NCBI GenBank assembly: GCA_963706325.1
Contig: CAVPLT010000004.1
Location: 448,001 to 512,000 of the forward strand
From: an uncultured Nitrospiraceae bacterium
GTDB taxonomy: Bacteria; Nitrospirota; Nitrospiria; Nitrospirales; Nitrospiraceae
Reading direction: 5' to 3'
Length of the DNA: 64,000 nt
Shown: piece by piece, positions 9,958-19,699 of the stretch
Position numbering within the stretch: the stretch's first letter is position 1
Layout: each line of letters starts with the position of its first letter
Notes under the pieces: generated by a model
The model's database searches: none
What the model was told of the DNA's origin: nothing
The model's input: only the letters and a program-made list of their open reading frames with translations
Translations under genes and position numbers: made by a program

Positions 9958-10276
9958 TCGTGCGATACGATGTGTCTATTCCCTTCTGCTGGTCATAGGA
10001 GCCGGCTGCTCGGAAGCGGTCATGATGAGCCAGGAGTCAGATCATGGCGGGGTGGTCACCTATGTCTTTAAGCAGGACCGCGGCGGTCCCATGGGGTCGC
10101 AATATCGAAGGGAGGCGCTGGATGCGATGCAGACAAAGTGCGGAAGGGGAGCTCGGGTTATTCGTGAAGGCGAGGTCCAGGGTTACACCAGTGCAGGAAT
10201 GGGCACGGTGGAAGGAACGGAGGACGAGGAGCGAGGAAGGCGCTGGGGAATTCAGTTCGAATGCAAAGGAGAGTGA
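9935..10276 (+). CDS. Hypothetical small lipoprotein
   Basis: Lipobox GAGC; two further Cys; packed in the operon; start uncertain. Confidence 0.65.
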   Translation: MDSHYRVDRAIRCVYSLLLVIGAGCSEAVMMSQESDHGGVVTYVFKQDRGGPMGSQYRREALDAMQTKCGRGARVIREGEVQGYTSAGMGTVEGTEDEERGRRWGIQFECKGE

Positions 10277-10325
10277 CAATCACGATGGAACGGCTGTTCC
10301 TCAGCCGTAGCAGAAGGGGGATCTG

Positions 10326-10529
10326 ATGAAGCTGAGCGCGAGAAATCAATTTCAAGGCCACGTTGTTCGAATCACCGAAGGTCAGGCAATGGCAGAAGTT
10401 GTGGTGAAAGTGGGCGCCTTAGAATTCGTGTCGGCGATTACCGAAGGTTCCGTTAAGACCATGGGCATCAAGGTCGGCGATGCCGTGACGGTTGCGGTGA
10501 AAGCGACCGACGTCATCGTCGGAAAATAA
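10326..10529 (+). CDS. Molybdenum-binding Mop/molbindin (TOBE) protein
   Basis: MKLSARNQFQG...SAIT..S...MGIKVGD.V...VKATDV. Confidence 0.93.
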   Translation: MKLSARNQFQGHVVRITEGQAMAEVVVKVGALEFVSAITEGSVKTMGIKVGDAVTVAVKATDVIVGK

Positions 10530-10606
10530 CCTTCTTCGAGAGTCAGTCAGAGGTTGTCTCCGGTAGGAACAGATCCGGTTCATCCATACCGGCTGTGGAC
10601 GAGCAC

Positions 10607-11283
10607 ATGAACTGGATCGCAATTTGGGTGACGTTCAAGTTGGCTGCGCTCACGGCGCTGATCCTCTTGGTTGTCGGACTGCCGATCGCTTATTGGGTCA
10701 GTTTTTCGCGCAGGCGCTGGAAGTTTATCGTGGAATCGGTGGTGGCACTGCCGCTGGTGCTGCCGCCGACCGTGCTTGGGTTTTATATTCTCGTCGCGAT
10801 TGGTCCGCACAGCCCCTTCGGACGGTTTTATAACGAGCTCGTCGGGCACCCGCTGCCCTTTCACCTTCGAAGGCCTCCTGCTCGCCTCCATTCTCTACAG
10901 CCTTCCGTTTGCGGTGCAACCGTTTGTCGCGGCGTTCGAGCAGGTCGATCGGCGATTGATCGAGGCCTCGTGGACGTTAGGGGTGTCCAAACTCAACACA
11001 TTTTTCAAGCTCATCATGCCTTTGTCCAAAGCAGGATTGGTGACCGGCGCGGTGCTGAGTTTTGCTCATACCATGGGTGAGTTCGGAGTCGTATTGATGG
11101 TCGGAGGTAACCTCGAAGGCGAGACGCGCACGGTGTCTATCGACATCTATGATGAAGTGCAGGCCTTGAATTATGCCGGGGCGGCCAAGACCTGCGCTCT
11201 TTCTTCTGATCGTTTCCTATGCCGTCTTGCTCCTGGTGTATGCCGTCAATCGGAATGTCTGGGCAGCATGGCCGCAGAAATAG
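10607..11283 (+). pseudogene. modB: Molybdate ABC permease, two apparent frameshifts (may be sequencing errors)
   Basis: LPLVLPPTVLGF in one frame; EASWTLG / FAHTMGEFGVVLMVGG in the next; shifts near 10860 and 11194. Confidence 0.85.
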
Positions 11284-12363
11284 ACATCAATATCGTCAAG
11301 ACGTTCTCCGGTCGCGCGCCGATTCGGGCTCGGATTCGATACCCGGTTGAAGCCTCGACGGTGTTGATATTGTTCGGTCCTTCTGGGTCCGGCAAGACAA
11401 CGATTCTCCGTTGCGTGGCAGGACTCGAATGGCCGGAAGAAGGCACCATTCAGTTTGTCTCGAGAACGTGGCTGGATACGGCATCTGGAATCAAGATCGT
11501 TCCACAAGATCGACATATCGGCTATATGCCCAGGACTATGCGCTGTTTCCGACCTATACGGTGGCGGGCAATATCGCCTATGGGCTCAGCCACTTGTCGA
11601 CCCAGGACCGCAGGAAACGCGTGGACGAGATGCTGGATCTGTTTCAGTTGCGCGGCTTTGAGTCGGCCATGCCGCGTGAACTCTCCGGTGGACAACAACA
11701 ACGAGTGGCGCTTAGCCCGAGCGGTCGCGCCGCGACCGCTGTTGCTGCTCTTGGATGAGCCGCTCTCCGCACTGGACGCGCCGACTCGGGTGCACCTGAG
11801 AGATGAACTGCGGAGGCTTCTTCAAGCAATTGTCGCTCTGCCGTCAATCATTGTGACGCATGATTGGGCGGAAGCCCTGACGATGGGCGATGTGATGGCT
11901 GTCATCAGCGCGGGGAATGTGCTTGCAGGTGGGAAGGCCGATCGAGGTATTCAGTCGTCCGCATAATGCGGATGTTGCGCGCGTCGTTGGAATCGAGACG
12001 GTTGTGAAGGGGCGGGTGATCGGATCAGCGGACGGCATGGTGCGCGTGAATGTGAACGGTACGACCTTGACGGCCGTTGCAGCGGAGTCAGAAGGATCGG
12101 AAGTATTCGTCTGTATTCGATCAGAAGATGTTGTGTTGGAACGAGGTGTCACGGGGAGCAGCGCGCGGAATCATCTTGTCGGGACTGTCACTTCGATCAC
12201 GCTGCTCGGAGCGTTAGCGCGTGTCACGATCGATTGCGATTTTCCGCTTGTTGCCATGGTCACTCGCTCGACTGTGGACGAGTTCGGGCTCGTATTGGGT
12301 GTTTCCGTAGGAGCCGCAATTAAAGCCGGAGCGATCCATTTGGTATCGAGGCGAGGCGCGTAG
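11268..12363 (+). pseudogene. modC: Molybdate ABC ATPase with C-terminal TOBE, several apparent frameshifts
   Basis: GPSGSGKT, QDYALFP, LSGGQQQRVAL, LLLLDEP, SARNHLVG split across frames; shifts near 11530, 11714, 11923. Confidence 0.85.
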
Positions 12364-12418
12364 AGAGTGGCAATGGGAGTGGTCGGCACTGGATCTGGAT
12401 GAAGTAACGGTGCTGCGC

Positions 12419-13165
12419 CTAGAACGCTCCGGTGATGCTTGCCCCAAACTTGTCCCGCACAATGGGAGTGGCCTCTTCGATGTTCAGCTTCTTTTGGAGC
12501 ACATGGGCGACTGAGCGCATTTTGTACATTCGAGGCTGCTTGGTTTTCCCCTGCTCAGTGACCAGCACGTCCGCGACGCAGAGATAGGTAATGTCCTCGC
12601 TCTGTTGCGGTTGTGTCATCCCTGGATAGCCGCCTCGGCCGCTCATTGCCATCCGCATCATGGCATTGATGTCGGGCATCGCTCCGCCTCCCATCGCCAT
12701 TCCGCGCATTGCTTGGGCGTTCATGCCGTTGCCCGCCATTCCACCGAACATGCCGTTCATGGCATCCATGTCGAGTCCACCCGCGTTCATGAGCGGCGTC
12801 CCTCCGCTGCCGATGCCCGCGCCGAATCCAGCCTTTGCAACCGTCTCTGGTTTCACCCCATCCCCCGCCTTGTGACAATACACCACCTGGGTCTGCAGCC
12901 AGTAGGCCGCTTCTAGCGGATCCTTGACGACTTGGTATCCCTTGGCGCTCAGTCTGGCAGAAATATCCGAAGGGGTCGCGTCCTGGTTCTCAGAGGTGTT
13001 GCGGATTTGCACATAGATGGTACGCGCGGCACTCGGCGGCAGGAGGATGGAAGTGTCGTTGACCAGTCCGGTGCGTAAAACGTTGCTGCACCCGGTGATC
13101 AACGATAGGCCGACAAGTAGACAGGCTGTGCTGCAGTACAGATTTCTGTTCCTTGGGTGGTTCAT
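12419..13165 (-). CDS. TraT-family (surface exclusion/complement resistance) lipoprotein
   Basis: Lipobox LITGC; ILLPPS..RTIYVQIRNTSE, SAKGYQVV.DP..AAYWLQ, ADVLV, KKLNIEEATP; Gly/Met-rich centre. Confidence 0.75.
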   Translation of the reverse strand: MNHPRNRNLYCSTACLLVGLSLITGCSNVLRTGLVNDTSILLPPSAARTIYVQIRNTSENQDATPSDISARLSAKGYQVVKDPLEAAYWLQTQVVYCHKAGDGVKPETVAKAGFGAGIGSGGTPLMNAGGLDMDAMNGMFGGMAGNGMNAQAMRGMAMGGGAMPDINAMMRMAMSGRGGYPGMTQPQQSEDITYLCVADVLVTEQGKTKQPRMYKMRSVAHVLQKKLNIEEATPIVRDKFGASITGAF

Positions 13166-13171
13166 CGGAAT

Positions 13172-13903
13172 TCAGAAATGGCCCGCCACTGACGCACTGA
13201 GTCGCTGTTGCACCAACGGGGTGGCTTCCTGATCATTAAGTTTCTTCTGGTGCACGCTCGCCGCGAGACGAGTTTGGTAGACACCCGAAGGAGGCGACGT
13301 ACCGAGCTGTGAAACGGGAAGCCCCCCACCCGTAATCGCCAATTCTGTAATTTGGAGATCCGCCACGCAGGCGTAATTGATATTCTCATTGGCATCGGGT
13401 CGTGACGGTCCGCCGAACATATTGCCCACGGCGTTTCCAATTCCCTCGGCGGCATTGAGTCCCATGCTGGCGGCCCCTCCAAGGAGCGCGCCCTGCGGAC
13501 CCGCCATGCTGGCCATGCCCGTCAGACCGTGCAGGCCCGAGATGATGGAACTACCGATTCCCGATCCATAACCACCGGCAACCATGTCCTCAACCGGAAG
13601 CTCAACCTTCGTTTGGTTGCAATAGACGATGTTTGTCAGCACCACATAGGCTGCGGTCTGAGGATCCCGTACGATCTGGTAACCCTTCGCGCTCAGGCGC
13701 GATTCCAGATCATTTAGCGAGACATCCTGATTGTCGGAAGAATTGCGATTCTGCAGGAAGACCGTTCGCGCTGTTGAGGGTGGCAACATGATGCTGTTGC
13801 TGGCCAGTAGATCAGTGTCCCGAACATTGGCGGCGCAGCCAGCCAGTAGGAGGGTCGCTGCCAGAAATCCGAGGAAGGAACCTGGAGCCATCTCTAGTTT
13901 CAT
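13172..13903 (-). CDS. TraT-family lipoprotein (tandem paralog)
   Basis: Lipobox LLAGC; RTVFLQNRNSSD, KGYQIV, YQTRL...KKLN.QEATP; Gly-rich helical centre. Confidence 0.78.
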   Translation of the reverse strand: MKLEMAPGSFLGFLAATLLLAGCAANVRDTDLLASNSIMLPPSTARTVFLQNRNSSDNQDVSLNDLESRLSAKGYQIVRDPQTAAYVVLTNIVYCNQTKVELPVEDMVAGGYGSGIGSSIISGLHGLTGMASMAGPQGALLGGAASMGLNAAEGIGNAVGNMFGGPSRPDANENINYACVADLQITELAITGGGLPVSQLGTSPPSGVYQTRLAASVHQKKLNDQEATPLVQQRLSASVAGHF

Positions 13904-14404
13904 GGGAAGTGCGGGGCTGCTGCTTAAAAGAGAGTCGCGGCGGGATTCTAGGTGAACGCCGTGAGTGTTTGCAATCATGAAAGTCATGAAATTTTGAAAT
14001 TCCGCGGCCAAATCCTGCTACGGAACATCTCCCCAATATCTGTGGATATCCCTGTTGATACTGTCCATGCCAACTGCCAACACTCACGCCAATTCAAGCC
14101 GAATAGCATGTTGCCTATTTTTTAAGCATAGAGAATCGGATCGGTTACCACCACAATATCTGGTAGGTCTCTTCTTGGCTGTATGTATTAGCATTCAGTT
14201 TATGGACATCTAGCATTGTTAGAGGAGGCTGCCTGTGGATAGGAACGTAATTTTTAGCGATCATCAAAATCTCTCTTGACTTATACACAGAAATTTCTCG
14301 TCCTTGAGAATGTTTGTATCGAAATACGAAGAAAGACCGCTCTGCGAAAGGCGGTCCAAACTGTCAAGAAAGAAGTGAAATCCACTTGACATGCGACAGA
14401 CGGC

Positions 14405-14425
14405 CATGTAACCATTGGTTACATG
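14405..14425. promoter_or_regulatory. Perfect palindrome CATGTAACCA-T-TGGTTACATG, probable autoregulatory operator
   Basis: 10-bp arms overlapping the -10 region and the ATG of the repressor; TTGACA at 14386-14391. Confidence 0.75.
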
Positions 14426-14974
14426 ATGACAGCCATTCAATTCCGTCGCATTCGAGAAGAACTAGGGATGACGCAAGAGCAATTGGCCCTGGAGCTTCGT
14501 ACGACGCGTGTGTCTATTGCCCGTTATGAATCAGGGATGCGACGGATCGGCGGCGCAGTGCAGGTAGCGATCACGCAGCTTGGGAGGAGGGTTGAAATTC
14601 CTATGGCCGGAGTGGTTGCGGCCGGGGTGCCGATTGAACCGGTTACTCAATCGGAATGGGTGGAAGTGCCACCTAGCATGGTGAGATACGGTGAAACGTT
14701 CGCACTCCGTGTGAAAGGGAATTCCATGATCGAAGACGGCATCCTTTCCGGCGATGTGGTGGTGGTGCGGAAACAACCGACCGCGCAAAACGGTCAGACA
14801 GTGGTGGCACTAGTGAACCGGGAAGCGACCATCAAAACCTACTTCAAGCGTGAACACCACATTGAACTCCATCCTGCCAATGCCGCGATGCAGCCATTCG
14901 TGGTCACACCTGCGGACGAATTTGCTATCGAGGGTGTGCTTGTCGGCGTGATTCGACATTGCGATAACACGTAA
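14423..14974 (+). CDS. XRE-HTH + peptidase S24 (LexA/CI-like) repressor
   Basis: MTQEQLA..L...RVSIARYESG HTH; VAAG cleavage site; LRVKGNSM (Ser) and ATIK (Lys) dyad. Confidence 0.9.
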   Translation: MMTAIQFRRIREELGMTQEQLALELRTTRVSIARYESGMRRIGGAVQVAITQLGRRVEIPMAGVVAAGVPIEPVTQSEWVEVPPSMVRYGETFALRVKGNSMIEDGILSGDVVVVRKQPTAQNGQTVVALVNREATIKTYFKREHHIELHPANAAMQPFVVTPADEFAIEGVLVGVIRHCDNT

Positions 14975-14989
14975 TTCAAGGAGGGCACG

Positions 14990-15238
14990 GTGATGACTCA
15001 TCAGCAGCAGGTCATGGTTGAGCGTGTGGATGAACTGGAGCGGATGATCGTCCGCCTGAACGGACGCATCGTGGAACTACAACGGGAACTCAAGCACAGC
15101 AAGAGTGCGGCGTTTACAGGCGGGGCTAACGGCTCGCGGTTGCGAACCTTTTTGGGCGGAATCAAACCGGTTATTCTGAATACAACTCCCATCCGAGAGA
15201 ACAGGAGGGTCCAACGCCATGATCTCTGTCTCTTCTGA
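14990..15238 (+). CDS. Small coiled-coil hypothetical protein
   Basis: AAGGAGG RBS; heptad pattern. Confidence 0.55.
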   Translation: MMTHQQQVMVERVDELERMIVRLNGRIVELQRELKHSKSAAFTGGANGSRLRTFLGGIKPVILNTTPIRENRRVQRHDLCLF

Positions 15239-15401
15239 CATCGATACCACGACTGCTGGTTACTGCGCCGATTGTGGCAAGATTGTGATGCGGCGAACCC
15301 CGCTCTTCGACGAGCAGGTTAAAGTGACGCGGGAAGTCTGTATCCGTTGCCTCGTATTGGCCTATCAACGGCGGCAGTTTGAGTCGGGCTGTTGCGGGTA
15401 A
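15219..15401 (+). CDS. Small zinc-finger-like protein (CxxC...CxxC, C-terminal GCCG)
   Basis: AGGAGG RBS; CADC and CIRC. Confidence 0.55.
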   Translation: MISVSSDIDTTTAGYCADCGKIVMRRTPLFDEQVKVTREVCIRCLVLAYQRRQFESGCCG

Positions 15402-16097
15402 AACCACAGTTTTTGGCGCAACGGGTGCCCTTTGCAAGCCGAGGCGAGGCATGGGTGTACCTGCGGCACGACCATGAGCCGCTGATCCGACTAGAATTCA
15501 GGTGTAATGTTTTCATGTTCCATTCGGAGATTCAACTAATCATGAGCTTTATGAGCGGGTACGCTTCTCCATTTTTGGTGGCCGTTGGTTTGGGAGGGAC
15601 GTTCTCAAAGCAGGTCAACTATTGCCAACCTGGCGCGGCTGGCATTTCAGCCGACAGGGCAGCAGCGTGTTAAAAGCGGCGGCTGGCACAAAGGCTCGTC
15701 AGGTAGTTGAAGCGCTGTACTTCATCATGGCTAGCCGGTCCGATCTGGCTAATCGAAGTATCGTCTCTGCTATGGCAGCTAATGAAAGAATCTGCGGTTG
15801 GCAACTGGAGGCAGATTGCCTCGCGGTTGACCATGGAGCAAGTGATGGAAGAACGCTTTGCCGATACCTATCACGCTCTCTGGAGCGAAACGATCCATCT
15901 CTAATGGCAGGCAGTTACTTCCGGTAAGAGCATGTGAGAGGAGACTTCAGCTCGGCACGGTGGAGAGCGTGACCAAAACCGGAATTGTTTAGCCGAACCG
16001 GGAGAAAAATCTGAACGCCCGACTGACATTGCCCGGCTGCTCCATCCTTGTCCTTGACGCGGGATTCGAGAAGACATAGACTCGGATCACGACCGCA

Positions 16098-16146
16098 CGG
16101 GAATGGGGCGCTCCCGAGAACCGCCGAAAGGCTGATGGCTCCTACT
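16098..16146 (+). ncRNA. Fluoride (crcB) riboswitch
   Basis: GGGAATGGGGCGCTCCC...AACCGC-CGAAAG-GCTGATGGCTCCTAC fits the crcB motif; sits upstream of crcB. Confidence 0.92.
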
Positions 16147-16173
16147 GCACACACTTGCGGTAGGGGCTTTTTT
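16138..16173 (+). terminator. Intrinsic terminator, expression platform of the fluoride riboswitch
   Basis: GCTCCTACTGC / GCGGTAGGGGC stem plus T6, overlapping the aptamer 3' end. Confidence 0.85.
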
Positions 16174-16208
16174 GTTGCCCTGTCGCTGACCAGAAAGGAC
16201 GAGAGGGC

Positions 16209-16643
16209 ATGGATAACTTGTTCACTTGTGTATTGTTGGCGCTCGGCGGAGGGTTAGGAACCGTGGCACGCTATGGCCTCTCGCTTTGGGCGATGCCGAT
16301 GAGCCAGCGCCTGCCGTGCGGCACGTTACTGATCAATATCCTCGGCTCGTTGCTCATTGGGTTCTTTGGGACGCTCACGCTTGCGGACGGGAAGTATCCC
16401 GTCTCGGAGCAGCTGCGTCTCTTCATCATGGTCGGGGTCTGTGGGGGCTTTACGACGTTCTCGGCATTCAGTCTGCAAACGCTCGACCTCTTACGCTCGG
16501 GAGCGTGGATGCGGGCAACACTGAATATCCTGCTCTCAGTCGGCCTCTGCGTAGGCGCCGTCGCCGTCGGCCATCTGGTCGCGGCCTCCTTCAACGGCGG
16601 CACACCTCGAATTGCGCAACTCGATATTGAAGAAGAGGCGTAA
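16209..16643 (+). CDS. crcB: Fluoride efflux channel Fluc/CrcB
   Basis: GGGLGTVARY, GTLLINILGS, G.CGGFTTFSAF. Confidence 0.95.
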   Translation: MDNLFTCVLLALGGGLGTVARYGLSLWAMPMSQRLPCGTLLINILGSLLIGFFGTLTLADGKYPVSEQLRLFIMVGVCGGFTTFSAFSLQTLDLLRSGAWMRATLNILLSVGLCVGAVAVGHLVAASFNGGTPRIAQLDIEEEA

Positions 16644-16949
16644 CAGCCGATCTCGGTGTAAAACCTGGAAACCATTAAGGCCAGCTCTCGCGCGCTGCAA
16701 GTCGCAGCATAAAAAGCTTTCGCTCATCAAGTATTGAGGCGTGGGCCTATCAGCGGTCGCAGGCTGCCAAAGAAACCGCACCCGATGCCATGTCCGCTCA
16801 GACGTTATATCGTTTGCCGCCCTGCCATCACGCCCGGAAACCGTCGAGGCAACGACAGTGCTCCTGACATCCACATTGATGAGAGAGCTGCGATCCTGCC
16901 ATTTTCAACAACCGGTGGCGCTCCAATGAACAGCAATCCGCACCATTTC

Positions 16950-17108
16950 TTATGGGTGAGACGCGTTCGCCTGACTAAGGATTTTCTCTGCCTGGCTGAC
17001 GCAACGATTCTTCTCCGCACATTCCTGCTGTAGCTGTTGAGCAGTTTTTAGACGAGTAATAATCTTGCCTAACTGCGGGTCGTAAACGCGTTCGCCTTCG
17101 GTGGGCAT
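16950..17108 (-). CDS. Small hypothetical protein (52 aa, C-x5-C)
   Basis: GGAGG RBS; homologous segment at ~21250-21358; sigma54-type site upstream. Confidence 0.55.
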   Translation of the reverse strand: MPTEGERVYDPQLGKIITRLKTAQQLQQECAEKNRCVSQAEKILSQANASHP

Positions 17109-17300
17109 ACATTCTACCTCCGTTAGGGAATCACCCCACCAGCTGGCCATTCCGGGCGCTTCCAGATAATCCTACTTGTGCTTACTCAGGCCATCAATGT
17201 TCTGAGATGCACGAGTGATCCCAAACACAAGAGCAGGGTGAGGATCGCGAGAGTATTCACGGTTGCCGGCTCCTTCCTTCGATTGCCGTCCCCTAAGGTC

Positions 17301-17316
17301 AGCAATAGGCGTACCA
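17301..17316 (-). promoter_or_regulatory. Sigma54 (-24/-12) promoter candidate TGGTACGCCTATTGCT
   Basis: GG-N10-GC spacing with TTGC. Confidence 0.6.
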
Positions 17317-17859
17317 AGGGAACTCGGTTAGACGTATGTGTCGTCACGCCATGAGCTGCGAGATTTTACCGGGTTAGCCGTGGTGGAAGAGTGGAGATCA
17401 ATTGCTGGTTGAAGGAAGGTTATCCAAAGCGATACGGGACATGTGTGATTGGATACTGGACGCTGAGTGAGCGTGCTGAGGGAAGGACGGGAAGAAAGCC
17501 TATGTAGAATGAGAGGGAGTGTTCGTAATGTGGGGAGCCACAGTGGCGCCCGCGCCTAGCGACGCAGCCTGCAACCGATCAAACAGGGCCTGGATCGTGT
17601 GCGGGGCATTCGTTCTCCGTGCCATCGTGTATGGCTTCCTCCGACGAACTGACGAGACAGGGGTGAAAACCATGAGTCGACTTAGGAAGGGGCCGGTCCG
17701 GAATGCTTTTGGGGTGTTGCGTGCGATATGAGTGATGCTGGTCTGCATTGGGGGGTGACTTGGCGTGTCAAATGTGTATCACCGATACATCCGTAGCTGC
17801 GGTCTGAGATGAAGTGGTGGGCGAAGGGATAGGAAGCGTCCGCCGGCTGTCACATCTAC

Positions 17860-18486
17860 TTACGCTAAGCGCGTCTGCGGAACATCGATGCCTAGTAACT
17901 GTCTGATCTTTGGAGATGCGTACGTCGACGCGACCGGAATGCGGACTAACGGAATGCCAACTTGTTTCAGGACGGACGCGACGAAGATATCGCGTTTTAC
18001 ACCGTCTTCCAGATCATGAGAACGGTCATCCAATTCGATGACGGCCTGCGGTTTCAGCGTCATCGGATCTACCAATACAAAATCGACCCGCTTGAGACTA
18101 ATTCTGTTTCGAACAATGGTAGCCAAACGCTTGTCGTCGGTCGCCGTATCGATCATGGTCCACAACGGGAGTTGAGTAAATATAATGTACCGTGTTCCGA
18201 GGGCGTCCTGAAGCGCCCGAAAGAACTTTGTCTCAGTGGCCGTGAGCAGTGGACGGCGGGTCAACGTATCCACTTCATACGGGTCGCTAGCACCATCTTT
18301 GAGCATGGTCACACGCACATCGGCTCTGTGGCTCGGATTCAATCCTCGCTTACGCCGTGCGTTCATCCAGGCTCGCCCTATTATAGTGAGGCCGGTCACA
18401 ACGATGAGCTCAGCAATCAACATGTAAAAAGAGAGCGGAAGGATACTCACTGTTTTGACCGCCCAACTGTAGCGGACTAGCTCCAT
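17860..18486 (-). CDS. DUF2726 domain protein (membrane-anchored, restriction-endonuclease-like fold)
   Basis: LLT.TE..FF..L, KRVDFVL, VIELDDRSH, RD.FV..VL...GIPLVRI. Confidence 0.85.
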   Translation of the reverse strand: MELVRYSWAVKTVSILPLSFYMLIAELIVVTGLTIIGRAWMNARRKRGLNPSHRADVRVTMLKDGASDPYEVDTLTRRPLLTATETKFFRALQDALGTRYIIFTQLPLWTMIDTATDDKRLATIVRNRISLKRVDFVLVDPMTLKPQAVIELDDRSHDLEDGVKRDIFVASVLKQVGIPLVRIPVASTYASPKIRQLLGIDVPQTRLA

Positions 18487-19699
18487 ACGTCAATCAATAC
18501 CCACAAGCGGGTTTTCATTCTTAGGCGCCGAGCTAGGGAGGATCCGAGCGGCTTGCTGACTGAATGGCTTACAGAAGTGTTTCCCTTGACACTTGAAGAG
18601 GCCATTAGCAAGGCATCAGTCCTCTTTCACCAAGCTTGGATTGACTGTCGGCTTCGCTCGTGCTGGCGATATGCTCACTTGAGTCCGTCGGCATCCACTG
18701 CATCACGTTGAGAAGATCGCTGCGTTCGGCAAGGTGATAAGCCAGGGGGGTCCAGCAAGCACAGCCAGTGCCTTCACAGGTGGACAATCGAACGAGGAAG
18801 GACGAAACCTATGGCGCGCTGCAGCCCATGGTTAGGTTCCAACCGTGACCGGAACCGTGACAGAGGCCATCCAGGTATGGGCAGTTGAGTGATAAGTTGC
18901 AAAATTTATTGGTGGCGGTGAACCGGAACAAATATTATTTTGGTCCTAAAATTCGCGTTCCCCTGCGGCAGAATCATGCTATGGCCTGAGCGTGGAGGAG
19001 TGAAAGAAGTGCTGAGAAGCCTTGTCTAGGCGTCAGTTAAGCCCCTGGATGGCGGCGGTTCCGGTTGGGGCGGTCCCCTGAAGGGCAACCCTTCTTCGAA
19101 CTACACTTTCTGTGCTGCCAGTAATCTCCGACTCTTTTGGAGGGCCCGCTGGGATTCCATGAATAAGCGATCCGACTGCCGATCCTGTTCGAGGAATCGA
19201 TTCCACAACTGCTGGCATTGCGCTTCAAACGCTCTCACCCTACCAACATGGTTGGCGCTGCGGTGTCGTCCTCCTGCTGTTCCATCACCGGCTCTCGGTT
19301 AGCAGCTTCTCAGATGCGAGGGGTGAGCGCTTCGCATGGAGTACCAATGGCGTCTGGAGGAATTTCTTCAGACCCGTCCGGCCCTCTCCGTCGTCAGCCA
19401 GTATCATGCGGATACCTTACCGTCCGACATACTGCGGCAAGGGTGTTGACCCATCCATCGTTCTACATCAACGAGACCCTGTCTCGGGTCAACCCGCAGT
19501 AGGTGGAGCGTGAAGCTCTCGAAAGTTCGGTTTTGGGTGGGACGATCCGGGGGTTATGCCAGACGTAGCACCGATTCCTTGAGCCTCTGTCTGCCATGGC
19601 CATACTAGTGGAAATATCGTTTTATGGCTGGCGAGCCTGGATTGTTGCGCCAAATCACGAGACGTATCGTGTGGGGGACATTACCGTTCCAGTCTTTCC

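Noticed and set aside
10671..11966. 431-aa apparent ModB-ModC fusion ORF
   Set aside because: It is a mosaic created by compensating frameshifts; motifs drop in and out of frame
14423..14974. Calling this gene lexA
   Set aside because: The N-terminus is XRE-type rather than LexA winged helix, and its palindrome is not seen upstream of recA
19099..19285. Possible frameshifted small helical ORF on the minus strand
   Set aside because: No recognisable homology; too weak to call
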